A stretch of DNA of 61,096 nucleotides from Chthoniobacter flavus (GTDB lineage Bacteria > Verrucomicrobiota > Verrucomicrobiia > Chthoniobacterales > JACTMZ01). Below, in pieces: positions 44,105 through 52,961 of this stretch. Location of the stretch: NCBI GenBank assembly GCA_945870655.1, contig CAMBSX010000002.1, forward strand, positions 1-61,096. The letters run 5' to 3'. Every line of letters begins with the position of its first letter. Within the stretch, counting starts at the first letter, position 1. The position numbers and the translations under genes were made by a program. A model generated the notes under the pieces. The model was not told where the DNA came from. It saw only the letters and a list, made by a program, of their open reading frames with translations, and did no database searches.

Positions 44105-45157
44105 TCAGGGTCGGGGCAAAAGAGGTTCGATCGCCCGGATGGCCGGCCAGAAGAGTGGATGGCGGCTGATGCGGCTCAACTCGGAAAGGAGGATGTCGGA
44201 GGTCTGGACGCGCTCGGCGGGCAGCATCTGGGTCACAGGTATTTGGTTCGGGGCGGTAAGCGTGCCAAGATAATAATCTCCGCCGGTCTCGCGCCGCACC
44301 GAGGCTATGGCGTCGCCGAGGCCGATCTCGATCGAAGTCACGCACGCCTTGGTCTCTTGGTTCGCGTCGAACCGGACGGTCACCGAGCCGCCATCGCGCC
44401 GACGAAAGATCGGTTCATGGTTGCCGTGGTCCAAGCTCCAGCCGAGGCGACTGGCCAGCCAGCCGAGGAGTTGCAGGGCGGTGAGACGGTGGTCGGAGGC
44501 GTGGACAATATCGACCCGATCAATGCGGTCGATGCGCTCCAGCGCGGCGGGCAAATCGAAAATCTGGGCCACGGCATAGCGCAAATGAAAAAGCCGGGTC
44601 CAGGTGAGGTCGGCCAGAGCGGAACGGGTGCGGCCGAGGGATTGGATTTCCCGGAGGATACGGAATTGGGCGGCGGGGTCGGACCACGAATTGCTATCCA
44701 CGATCAGACGGTCCACCCAGCGCCATAATTGGGGGTCGGGGTCCGCATGGAGGTCGCCCTGCCACCAAAGATAGAGTGGCAGGTCTGTGTCGAGATGGGA
44801 GAAAACAATGCTGGGCAGGCGTCCCGCCGCAGGGCCGTCTAGCTGGAAGGTGATCTGCTCCGAGCAGATTTCTTTCTTGCCTGTCTCGCGCAGATGGCAA
44901 TGCGCGGTAATCCAAGCGTGAACGGCGGACTTCTTCGCTTCCGGATGCGCCTGCACGAGGACCGCACGGAAAGCGTGGTCGGCGGCAATCTCGGAGAGTA
45001 GCGGGGTGTTGGCCGCAATGGCCTCCGGGGCCTCGCTGTAGATGACGAGATTGACCAGTGAGGCGCGTACCTTGCCCGCTTCGGACTGCTCCCAAAGAAG
45101 GCCGAGTTGGCGGTCAATGTCACCGACTTCGACGGCAAGACCGGGGGAGACTGTCAT
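44105..45157 (-). CDS. opcA: Glucose-6-phosphate dehydrogenase assembly/activator protein OpcA-like
   Basis: ATG 45157 overlaps the zwf stop (ATGA, 45154-45157). N-terminus MTVSPGLAVEVGDIDRQLGLLWEQSEAGKVRASLVNLVIYSE. The position directly after zwf is the classical OpcA context. Confidence 0.72.
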   Translation of the reverse strand: MTVSPGLAVEVGDIDRQLGLLWEQSEAGKVRASLVNLVIYSEAPEAIAANTPLLSEIAADHAFRAVLVQAHPEAKKSAVHAWITAHCHLRETGKKEICSEQITFQLDGPAAGRLPSIVFSHLDTDLPLYLWWQGDLHADPDPQLWRWVDRLIVDSNSWSDPAAQFRILREIQSLGRTRSALADLTWTRLFHLRYAVAQIFDLPAALERIDRIDRVDIVHASDHRLTALQLLGWLASRLGWSLDHGNHEPIFRRRDGGSVTVRFDANQETKACVTSIEIGLGDAIASVRRETGGDYYLGTLTAPNQIPVTQMLPAERVQTSDILLSELSRISRHPLFWPAIRAIEPLLPRP

Positions 45158-46689
45158 AAACGGCGCCAGACGGCGTGGTCCTGCGAGAGAAGCTCGTCCG
45201 CCTGGCGCGGACCCCAGGAGCCGGCGGGATAGAAGTCGAGGCGCGGCGCCGTGCCGTCCAGCCAAGCCTCGCGGATTTGGTCGATGAAGGTCCAAGCGTG
45301 TTCTACTTCATCCCGTCGGGCGAAGAGGGTGGCATCGCCGCTCATCGCGTCGAGGAGGAGACGTTCGTAGGCCTCGGGGGTGGCTTTGCCGAAGGATGTG
45401 CCGTAGTGGAAGTCCATTTTCACGGGCTCGAGCTGGAGCATCGCCCCGGGCATTTTGGCAGCCATGCGGAAAGAGATGCCTTCGTCGGGTTGGATGCGGA
45501 TGACGAGGACGTTGGGGTCCTGCAGTTTGCTCTCGCGGTTGAAGAGGACCGGCGGGGTGCCGCGGAATTGAATGGCGATTTCGGTGCCTGATTTTGGAAG
45601 ACGTTTGCCCACCCGCATAAAAAAGGGCACACCTGCCCAGCGCCAATTGTCGATGTGCAGGCGAAGGGCAACGTAGGTTTCGGTCATGGACCCCGGGGCG
45701 ACGCCGGGTTCTTGGCGGTAACCGGGAACTTCGCGGCCGTTGATGAACCCCTCGGTGTATTGGGCACGGACGACATTTTCCGCGACGGAGGCACCGGTCA
45801 ACGGTCGGAGTGCCTGCATGACTTTGACCTTCTCGTTGCGGACGGCATCCGCGCCGAGGTCGATGGGTGGTTCCATCGCGGTGAGGCAGAGAAGTTGCAG
45901 AAGGTGGTTTTGCACCATGTCCCGCAGGGCCCCTGAGTTTTCGTAGTAACCGGCGCGCGACTCGACCCCGAGCGGTTCGCTCGCCGTGATCTGCACGTTG
46001 TCGACGTAGCGACGGTTCCAAAGCGCTTCGAAAACGGTATTGGCGAAGCGCAAGACCATGATGTTTTGCGCGGTTTCCTTGCCGAGATAATGGTCGATGC
46101 GGAAGGTGTCGCGCTCGGGAAAAGCGGAGGCTACGGCGTTGTTGAGGCGGTGCGCGCTGGGAAGATCGGTGCCAAAAGGTTTCTCGACGATGAGCCTGGA
46201 CCAGGCGCCGGGTCTGGCTTGGCTCAACCCGCTTGCGCTCAAATTTTCGAGGATAATGTCGAATTCGGTGGGCGAGGACGCCAGGTAGTAAAGGCGGTTG
46301 CCACGCGTGCCCAGACGCCGGTCGATGGCATCGAGTTCCTGACTGAGCGACGCGTAGCCCGCCGGCTGGTCGAAGCTGCCCCGGTGATAAAAGACATTGG
46401 CTGCAAAACGGGCCCAGAGCTCGTCGTTGAGCGGTCGGCGTGAATACTTCCGCGCAGCCTCGCCGAGCTCATCGCGAAAGGTCTCGCTGGTTTTTTCGCG
46501 GCGGGCAAAGCAAACCACAGCGAACGAAGAGGGGAGATTGCCGTCAGCCGCCAAATTGTAGAGCGCGGGAATGAGTTTGCGCCGGGTGAGGTCGCCGGTC
46601 GCGCCGAAGATGACGATGATACAAGGGTCCGGAACCGGGCGGTTGACCAGGTTGTAACGGAGCGGGTTCTCGGAGGCGGTTTCGGGCAT
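45154..46689 (-). CDS. zwf: Glucose-6-phosphate 1-dehydrogenase
   Basis: IFGATGDLTRRKLIPALYNL (dinucleotide fold), and RIDHYLGKE (the G6PD active-site signature). Confidence 0.95.
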   Translation of the reverse strand: MPETASENPLRYNLVNRPVPDPCIIVIFGATGDLTRRKLIPALYNLAADGNLPSSFAVVCFARREKTSETFRDELGEAARKYSRRPLNDELWARFAANVFYHRGSFDQPAGYASLSQELDAIDRRLGTRGNRLYYLASSPTEFDIILENLSASGLSQARPGAWSRLIVEKPFGTDLPSAHRLNNAVASAFPERDTFRIDHYLGKETAQNIMVLRFANTVFEALWNRRYVDNVQITASEPLGVESRAGYYENSGALRDMVQNHLLQLLCLTAMEPPIDLGADAVRNEKVKVMQALRPLTGASVAENVVRAQYTEGFINGREVPGYRQEPGVAPGSMTETYVALRLHIDNWRWAGVPFFMRVGKRLPKSGTEIAIQFRGTPPVLFNRESKLQDPNVLVIRIQPDEGISFRMAAKMPGAMLQLEPVKMDFHYGTSFGKATPEAYERLLLDAMSGDATLFARRDEVEHAWTFIDQIREAWLDGTAPRLDFYPAGSWGPRQADELLSQDHAVWRRL

Positions 46690-46697
46690 GACAAAAT

Positions 46698-47585
46698 TCA
46701 GGCGGCCGCGCGCTCGAGCGAGCGGGCCAAGGTGATGGCGGACGCGGAGCGGTTGAGGATGTAAAGATGCACGCCGGGTGAACCGTGGCGGAGGAGTTCG
46801 CGGATCTGATGGTAGGCCCAGGTCACGCCGACTGCTTCGGCGGCGCGCGGGTTGTCGTCGACGACTTGCAATTGTTCAAGCAGGGCGGTGGGCAAGGACG
46901 AGCCGCACATCGGACCAAAGCGCTGCACTTGGGCCAGGGAAAGTGGGGGAAGTAGCCCGGGCAGCACGGGCAGGTCGATGCCGTGGTCGCGGCAGGCTTT
47001 GAGAAATTGAAAATATTTCTCGTTGTCGAAGAAGAGTTGGGTGGTGAGAAAGGAGGCACCGGCGTCCGCTTTGATCTTCAAATGGCGCAGGTCCGCTTCC
47101 ATCGAGACGGCTTCGGGGTGTTTTTCCGGATAAGCTCCGGCGCCGAGGCAAATGTCAGGGAAACTCCCGCGGATCAGCGCAATGAGGTCGCTGGCGTAGC
47201 GAAGGCCGTCCGGACAAGGTGTAAAGGCGCTTTGTCCTTTGGGCGGATCGCCGCGCAGGGCCATGATGTTGCGGATGCCGTCCGCATGGTATCCGGCCAC
47301 GATGTCGAGAAGTTCGGCTTTGGTCGTTCCGACGCAGGTGAGGTGCGGCATGACGAGCCAACCGAAATCTTCGCGCAGCATTTTGGCGTATTTGAAGGTG
47401 CGTTCACGGGTGGTTCCGCCGGCGCCGTATGTGATGGAAACAAAGTCGGGATGGTACGGGCGCAGGGCCTCAGCCGTGCGGAGCAGTTGTTCGCCGCCTT
47501 CTTCGTTCTTGGGCGGGAAAAATTCCACGGAAAGAAGCGGGCGGTTTTCCGCGATGAGGTCGGTGATGGTCCGGTCGGGTTTCAT
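46698..47585 (-). CDS. metF: 5,10-methylenetetrahydrofolate reductase
   Basis: Start at ATG 47585 (MKPDRTITDLIAENRPLLSVEFFPPKNEEG). SITYGAGGTTRERT, HLTCVG, RNIMALRGDPP. The 301 aa upstream in track ORF ..48488 are antisense to the ABC ATPase gene and rejected. Confidence 0.9.
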   Translation of the reverse strand: MKPDRTITDLIAENRPLLSVEFFPPKNEEGGEQLLRTAEALRPYHPDFVSITYGAGGTTRERTFKYAKMLREDFGWLVMPHLTCVGTTKAELLDIVAGYHADGIRNIMALRGDPPKGQSAFTPCPDGLRYASDLIALIRGSFPDICLGAGAYPEKHPEAVSMEADLRHLKIKADAGASFLTTQLFFDNEKYFQFLKACRDHGIDLPVLPGLLPPLSLAQVQRFGPMCGSSLPTALLEQLQVVDDNPRAAEAVGVTWAYHQIRELLRHGSPGVHLYILNRSASAITLARSLERAAA

Positions 47586-47670
47586 GGGCGAAGCCGGCAA
47601 ATAGTGCTCCGCCAGCCGTTCCACCCCAAGGAAAATTGCTTTGCCAAGGCGCGGAGGTGCGCTGGATGCT

Positions 47671-47865
47671 ATGGGGATGGGCCATCGATCACCAGCGGAC
47701 GGCAACAGCCACGGACCTCCGGTCGGCATGCTCTTGGTCTGTGTATTGGTCCTCGCGGGTGGGTACGGGGTGGCGCTTCTGCGTGGACTTAAGCCTGCCC
47801 AGGAGGTGCGTGTGGTCATGGTGGCGCCACCGGAACCGGCGCCCGGGGTGGTGGAGCAGGAATGA
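47671..47865 (+). CDS. Candidate small single-TM protein (64 aa; 45 aa if started at ATG 47728), speculative
   Basis: Part of track ORF 47641..47865. GGAGGTG lies at 47653-47659, 11 nt before ATG 47671. The hydrophobic core is MLLVCVLVLAGGYGVALL. Third positions are mostly G/C. The stop TGA (47863-47865) overlaps the ATG of the downstream ABC ATPase (ATGA). Confidence 0.3.
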   Translation: MGMGHRSPADGNSHGPPVGMLLVCVLVLAGGYGVALLRGLKPAQEVRVVMVAPPEPAPGVVEQE

Positions 47866-48794
47866 GCGCCGCGGTCGAGACGGTCGATCTGGGGCGTAAT
47901 TTCGGTCCGCGGGCCGCGCTCTCCGGGCTGTCTTTGTCCATCCGCGCCGGGGAGATGTTCGCCTTGCTCGGACCCAATGGCAGTGGCAAGACAACGCTGT
48001 TCCGCATCCTTTCCACCTTGCTCGCCCCGGGGGCGGGCACAGCACGGGTGGGCGGTTGTGACGTGGTGGGCGAGGCAATGGCAGTACGCCATCAGATCGG
48101 AGTCGTTTTCCAATCCCCCGCGCTCGACCCGCAGTTGACTGTGGAGGAAAATCTCCGCTGGGCCGGAAATCTTTACGGGTTGCGCGGAGGTGATCTTGCG
48201 GTCCGCGCGCGTGCGGCGGCGGAGGCACTCGGCGTATACGACCGCTGGTCGGACCGGGTGCAGAGTTTGTCCGGGGGTTTGCGGCGGCGGGTGGAAATCG
48301 CCAAATGCCTCCTGCCGCGCCCGCGCGTGCTTCTTCTCGACGAGCCTTCGACCGGCCTCGATCCCGCGGCCCGCGCGGGGCTGCGGGCCACTTTGGAGAG
48401 GGTGCGGCGCGATGCGGGGGTGACCGTGGTGATGACGACCCACTTGCTGGAGGAAGCGGAGCGCTGCGACCGCGTGGCCATCCTGCACCGCGGGCGCCTT
48501 GTCGCGTGCGAAACTCCGGCGGAATTATGCGGGCGGTCGGGTACGGATTTGGCTGTCGTCTCGGGCCCGGAGACCGAGGTGCTGGCCGCCCGGGTGCGGG
48601 AGATTTTCGGTTGGCCCTTGTTGGTCCGAGGGGAACGTCTGCGGGTGGAAGTTCCGGCTGGAGGTGAGGCAGCCGGGCGCTTGGTCAGCGCGCTGGGGGC
48701 CGCGGCCGATTCCGTGACGGTGGGTCGTCCCACTCTCGAGGATGTCTTTCTCGATCTGACCGGGGAACCTTTGTGCGGCGAGGAGGAAAGATGA
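47862..48794 (+). CDS. ABC-2-type exporter ATP-binding protein (NodI/DrrA-like)
   Basis: Walker A GPNGSGKTT, signature LSGGLRRRVEIAKC, Walker B VLLLDEPSTGLD. Confidence 0.87.
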   Translation: MSAAVETVDLGRNFGPRAALSGLSLSIRAGEMFALLGPNGSGKTTLFRILSTLLAPGAGTARVGGCDVVGEAMAVRHQIGVVFQSPALDPQLTVEENLRWAGNLYGLRGGDLAVRARAAAEALGVYDRWSDRVQSLSGGLRRRVEIAKCLLPRPRVLLLDEPSTGLDPAARAGLRATLERVRRDAGVTVVMTTHLLEEAERCDRVAILHRGRLVACETPAELCGRSGTDLAVVSGPETEVLAARVREIFGWPLLVRGERLRVEVPAGGEAAGRLVSALGAAADSVTVGRPTLEDVFLDLTGEPLCGEEER

Positions 48795-49582
48795 GCGGGA
48801 AGCGCGGTTTGTTTTTTCTCCCGACCCTGGCTTTGTGGCAACGGGAGATGACACGTTTTGTGCGCCAGCGCAACCGGATCATCGGCGCGCTGGCCACCCC
48901 GCTGCTCTTCTGGCTGCTGATCGGATCCGGCTTGGGGGAAAGTTTCCGCGGGGCCGAGGTCGAGGGCGGATTCATGCGGTACTTTTTTCCCGGCACGGTG
49001 GTGCTCATCCTTCTTTTCACCGCGATCTTCTCCACGGTCTCGGTCATCGAGGATCGTCGCGATGGTTTCTTGCAGGGTGTGCTGGTTGCGCCGGTCTCTC
49101 GTGCGTCGATCGTCTCCGGCAAGTGCCTCGGGGGCATGACACTTGCAGCCGCGCAGGCTGCTTTGTTTTGTCTGGCAGCCCCGTGGGCGGGTTTGCCGGT
49201 CGATGGTGCGGTGGTCATGCGCCTGCTGGTTGTCCTGTTGCTCGGAGGTTTCGCGCTGACCGCTCTGGGATTTGTCATCGCCTGGCCGCTTGAATCGACG
49301 CAGGGCTTCCACGTCATGATGAACCTGGTGCTCATTCCACTCTGGTTGCTTTCGGGTGCCTTTTTTCCGGCGCGGGCAGGTACGTGGACGGAGTGGGCGG
49401 CAGCATTGAATCCGCTGGCCTATGTCACGGCGGGCGTGCGGCGGGCGTTCTATGGCGACGGCGCCGATCTTGGTTTGGTGCCCTCTTTCGGCGCGGCCAT
49501 GACGGTGATCTTGCTTTTTGCCTCCGTAATGTTCCTGGTTGCTCTGCGTGTGGTCAGGCGCGAAGGCCCGGAATCGCGATGA
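48791..49582 (+). CDS. ABC-2-type transporter permease (NodJ/DrrB-like)
   Basis: ATG 48791 (preceded by AGGAGGA) overlaps the upstream stop (ATGA). Six predicted TM helices. ABC-2 hallmark region FTAIFSTVSVIEDRRDGFLQGVLVAPVSRASIVSGK. Confidence 0.82.
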   Translation: MSGKRGLFFLPTLALWQREMTRFVRQRNRIIGALATPLLFWLLIGSGLGESFRGAEVEGGFMRYFFPGTVVLILLFTAIFSTVSVIEDRRDGFLQGVLVAPVSRASIVSGKCLGGMTLAAAQAALFCLAAPWAGLPVDGAVVMRLLVVLLLGGFALTALGFVIAWPLESTQGFHVMMNLVLIPLWLLSGAFFPARAGTWTEWAAALNPLAYVTAGVRRAFYGDGADLGLVPSFGAAMTVILLFASVMFLVALRVVRREGPESR

Positions 49583-50316
49583 AGTCGGCGGCCAAGGCAA
49601 CGGTCTTGCAGGGGGTGGTTGCCTTGCTGGTGGTCGGCGCTCTGCTTTACATCGCGCGTTCGGCCCCATTCCTCGGCGCGGTGGAGGAAACCGAAGATGT
49701 GGTACGGCGCTGGGGGACAATGAGCATCGTCATCTACCCCTTGCTTGTCATGGCCGCGACCGTTCTTTTCCTGCCCGGAGGCATTTTGAGTTTGGGTGGC
49801 GGGTTTTTTTTCGGACTGTGGTGGGGTACTTTGTTGGTGCTGGCCGGTAATTTGCTCGGTGCAGCTGTGGCATTTTTTGTCGGCGACAGGCTGGGGCGAA
49901 AATTTGTGCGCCAGCGTATTCTGCGGGACCCGCGTTGGGCGGCACTGGATGGAGCGATCGGCAAGCACGGGCCGCGGATTATTTTTTACAGCCAATTGAA
50001 CCCGCTTTTTCCCACGAGCTTGTTCAACTATCTTTACGGCATCACCAAGGTGCCCTTCTGGGAGTGTCTCAAGTGGGTCGCGCTCGGGCGGTTGCCGGGG
50101 ATTTTTCTTTATTCTTACCTCGGCACACTGGGGCAGTTGGGAATCCGTATACTGCGCGGGGAATCTGAACCGGGACCCGTGGAATACGCTCTCTGGGGCG
50201 GAGGTTTGCTTTTGACCGTCGGGGTAGCCGTTTTGCTCGGACACACCGCGACCAAGGTGATCGAGGATTACCGTCGGTTGGCCCCGGTCCAAGAGGAAGA
50301 GGAAGACGTCGATTGA
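49579..50316 (+). CDS. TVP38/TMEM64 (DedA/SNARE-associated) family membrane protein
   Basis: ATG 49579 overlaps the upstream stop (ATGA). FLPGGILSLGGGFFFGLWWGTLLVLAGNLLGAAVAFFVGDRLGRKFV is the family core as I recall it. The upstream part of track ORF 49384.. overlaps the permease gene. Confidence 0.8.
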   Translation: MKSAAKATVLQGVVALLVVGALLYIARSAPFLGAVEETEDVVRRWGTMSIVIYPLLVMAATVLFLPGGILSLGGGFFFGLWWGTLLVLAGNLLGAAVAFFVGDRLGRKFVRQRILRDPRWAALDGAIGKHGPRIIFYSQLNPLFPTSLFNYLYGITKVPFWECLKWVALGRLPGIFLYSYLGTLGQLGIRILRGESEPGPVEYALWGGGLLLTVGVAVLLGHTATKVIEDYRRLAPVQEEEEDVD

Positions 50317-50423
50317 GGGGGTTGTTGCGGGGTTCCTGTTGCGGTAGCTTTCGCATCCGCATGCATAAAATTGCCTTCTTTCTCCGGCCGCGTTTCCCGG
50401 CCATCACCGACCGGGCTTGCTAG

Positions 50424-51905
50424 ATGGATGCACGCCATTCCAGATGGCTGAGCGCTGCGACCGCGGTGTGCCTATTTCTTCTCGGGGTGGGCGATAGCTG
50501 GGCGTCTGGCTGGCAGGTCAAGCGTCTGGCCGGCCGGGACTACCTTCCTGTTTCGCAGTTGGCCTCGTTCTACCAAATGCGCCTGATAATGCGTGGCGAT
50601 CGCGGGGTGGTCTTGAGTTCGGGAAAGCGGCGCATTGAATTCGGGAAAAATTCGCGTGAGGCGCGGATCGACGGGGTAAAGCAGTGGCTTTCCTTTCCCG
50701 TGCTCTACTTCGGGGGGCAATACCACGTCTCGCGCATGGATCTGGCTAAGACAATCGATCCGTTGATGCGTCCGGAAAAAATCCCGGGCCTTAAACCGGT
50801 GCATACCGTGGTCCTTGATCCGGGGCACGGCGGACATGATCGCGGTGCGGTGAATCGCTGGGGCTCGGAAAAAAATTACAACCTCGATTTGAGCCGGCGC
50901 ATCCGTGCCCATTTGCAGAAGGCAGGCTTGCGGGTGGTGATAACGCGCAGTCGTGACCAATTCATCCCGCTTGAGGCACGTCCGAGGATGGCCAACAATA
51001 TCGGGGACGGCTCTGTTTTTGTCAGCGTGCATTTCAATGCCGCGGCCACGCGCAACTCCTTGGCCACCGGCTTCGAGGTGTTCACGCTCACGCCCCGCGG
51101 CGCGCCGAACAGCCATGACAGTTACCTCACGCGACGCAGTTTTTCGGCTGAACGGGGGCACAAGAGCGATCACGCCAGTCATGTGTTGGCCACCTCGATC
51201 CAGCATGCCAAATTAGGGATGGTGCCGATGTTTGATCGCGGGGTGAAGCGGGCGCGTTTTGCGGTGCTGCGAGGTTCGGCAGTTCCGGGGGTGCTGATCG
51301 AAGGCGGTTTCATGTCAAACCCGCGCGATGCACGCCTCCTGCACACCGTGGTGTGGCGGGAGCGTCTGGCCAAGGCGGTGGCCGAAGGTATTCTTGCCTT
51401 CGTTACGCTGAGCACCGAAGGCAAGCGTCCGAAATTATTGGCGCAGTACCGGGCGGAGGCTGCGGCGGAAGTTGCGGGGAGCCCTTTCGATTACCAGCCG
51501 CTGGCGGGAATCGGGCGTCTGGTGAAGCCAAAGTTCCCGGGTTTGTCCGGCTGGCGCCGGCTCCTGCCGGCGCCCCTCGGCGAAGAGATGCCGCCTTTCC
51601 GTCTCGAATACGAGCCGGCCGGCTGGGTGCAACTCGAAGCGTGGGCGGCGGCGGGTGAAGATGCCCGTTCGGCCGGACAACAGGAGGAGAGTTTTCTCTC
51701 GCGTCCGCGCGAATGGCCGGATCCGGCGCCCGCCTGGCCGGGCCTGCGCGGCTGGCGTTCCCTTTTGCCTCCTCGCGGTCTGGAGGAACCTTTTCTCCTT
51801 TTCGCGCCGCCTGAGGGCGCGCCGGTGGACCCCGAAGCGGGCCGTGATCAAGAACAAGAGCCTGCCAAGAATTGGATTTTGGAAATCCTGGGCAAGGCGC
51901 TCTGA
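50424..51905 (+). CDS. N-acetylmuramoyl-L-alanine amidase (Amidase_3 type) with an N-terminal targeting-like domain and a repeat-containing C-terminal extension
   Basis: Signal-like N-terminus. Catalytic-domain motifs VVLDPGHGGHDRGA, SVHFNA, LIEGGFMSNP. The C-terminal 160 aa or so are outside the catalytic domain. Confidence 0.85.
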   Translation: MDARHSRWLSAATAVCLFLLGVGDSWASGWQVKRLAGRDYLPVSQLASFYQMRLIMRGDRGVVLSSGKRRIEFGKNSREARIDGVKQWLSFPVLYFGGQYHVSRMDLAKTIDPLMRPEKIPGLKPVHTVVLDPGHGGHDRGAVNRWGSEKNYNLDLSRRIRAHLQKAGLRVVITRSRDQFIPLEARPRMANNIGDGSVFVSVHFNAAATRNSLATGFEVFTLTPRGAPNSHDSYLTRRSFSAERGHKSDHASHVLATSIQHAKLGMVPMFDRGVKRARFAVLRGSAVPGVLIEGGFMSNPRDARLLHTVVWRERLAKAVAEGILAFVTLSTEGKRPKLLAQYRAEAAAEVAGSPFDYQPLAGIGRLVKPKFPGLSGWRRLLPAPLGEEMPPFRLEYEPAGWVQLEAWAAAGEDARSAGQQEESFLSRPREWPDPAPAWPGLRGWRSLLPPRGLEEPFLLFAPPEGAPVDPEAGRDQEQEPAKNWILEILGKAL

Positions 51906-51911
51906 GCGCGG

Positions 51912-52961
51912 TCAGGATTTCTTTTTTTCTTCCTCTGCCATTTCTTGCAGTCGGCGCATTTCGATAGCCTGCAGTCCGACAATGGCAGCGACCGCGGCGA
52001 TGGTTTCGGGCGAGTCGGCCCGCGAAACATCGGCTGCCGGCTTGGTCAAGCCGGTGAGAATTTGGCCGTACGCACGATGGCCGAGAATGGCGCTGAGCTT
52101 GCCGCCAATATGCCCGCTGTGGAGGTCGGGAAAAACAAGAACGTTGGCCCGTCCGGCCACCGTGCCGGCCACCGATTTGTTGCGCGCCGCCCCGGGCAGG
52201 AGGGCCGCGTCCGCTTCGAGTTCACCGTCAATTTCAATCGCGAGGTGCCGCGCCTTGGCTTGCTGCCGCGCGAGGGCGGCAGCCGCCGCGACTTTTTCGG
52301 TGCCCGGGGTGACCGCGCTGCCTTTGGTCGAAAAACTGAGCATAGCGACGCGTGGGGTTTCGCCCGTGAGCTGAAGGCAAAGGTGAGCAGCCTGCAGCGC
52401 GATGGTGGCCAACTGTTCGACATCCGGCTCGGGAACCACGCCGCAATCGGCCATGACGAGCACGCCATGATGACCGATATCGAGTCGACCGGTGTCGGCC
52501 ACCAGGCAACTGCTGACCAAATGGTGCGGCCCCGAGGGCTTGACCACACGAAGAAGGGGGCGGAGGAGCGCGCTGGTCGGGGAGTCCACACCGCCGACCA
52601 CGCCGTCAGCCCGTCCGTACTGTACCATCATGGCTGCGTAGTAGTTGGGGTTGAGCAGCAGCTCCCGCGCATCGGAAAAACCGATCTTCTTGTAGCGGTC
52701 CAGAGTCTCGAGAAAGCGGCAAAAATCCGGTAGATCGGCGGATTGTTCCGGATTGATCACACCCAAATGGTCAAAAGGGATCTTCTCGCGTCGCGCGATG
52801 TCTTCGACCACGGCACGACGCCCGAGCAGGATGGGGACACCGAGGCCCAATTCGTAGAAGTGCCGGCCTGCGGCAATGGCGCGAGGATTTTCGCCTTCGG
52901 GGAAAACGATGCGTTTGGGATGGCGGCGCAGTCGGCCGAAGACAGATTCGATGAATTGCAT
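51912..52961 (-). CDS. pta: Phosphate acetyl/butyryl-transferase (PTA_PTB family)
   Basis: 349 aa. RIVFPEGENPRAIAA at the N-terminus; GGVDSPTSALLRP, ADCGVVPEP, ANVLVFPDLHSGHIGGK. Confidence 0.85.
   Translation of the reverse strand: MQFIESVFGRLRRHPKRIVFPEGENPRAIAAGRHFYELGLGVPILLGRRAVVEDIARREKIPFDHLGVINPEQSADLPDFCRFLETLDRYKKIGFSDARELLLNPNYYAAMMVQYGRADGVVGGVDSPTSALLRPLLRVVKPSGPHHLVSSCLVADTGRLDIGHHGVLVMADCGVVPEPDVEQLATIALQAAHLCLQLTGETPRVAMLSFSTKGSAVTPGTEKVAAAAALARQQAKARHLAIEIDGELEADAALLPGAARNKSVAGTVAGRANVLVFPDLHSGHIGGKLSAILGHRAYGQILTGLTKPAADVSRADSPETIAAVAAIVGLQAIEMRRLQEMAEEEKKKS

Noticed and set aside
47586-47861. Possible SAM/folate-type riboswitch in the long region upstream of metF (minus strand)
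   Set aside because: I read the reverse complement and could not find S-box-like (…GAGGGA…GGCAACC…GUGCCAA…) or SAM-II-like core elements. The region is better explained by the divergent promoter plus the plus-strand small ORF. An Infernal/Rfam scan would settle it.
47586-48488. N-terminal 301-aa extension of the metF track ORF (46698..48488)
   Set aside because: MetF similarity begins at the internal Met (47585). The extension is antisense to the ABC ATPase gene and has no folate-reductase features.
48173-49720. 515-aa minus-strand ORF antisense to the ABC-2 ATPase and permease genes
   Set aside because: It is extremely R/P/S/T-rich. The plus-strand genes have Walker motifs, TM helices and coupled start/stop codons.
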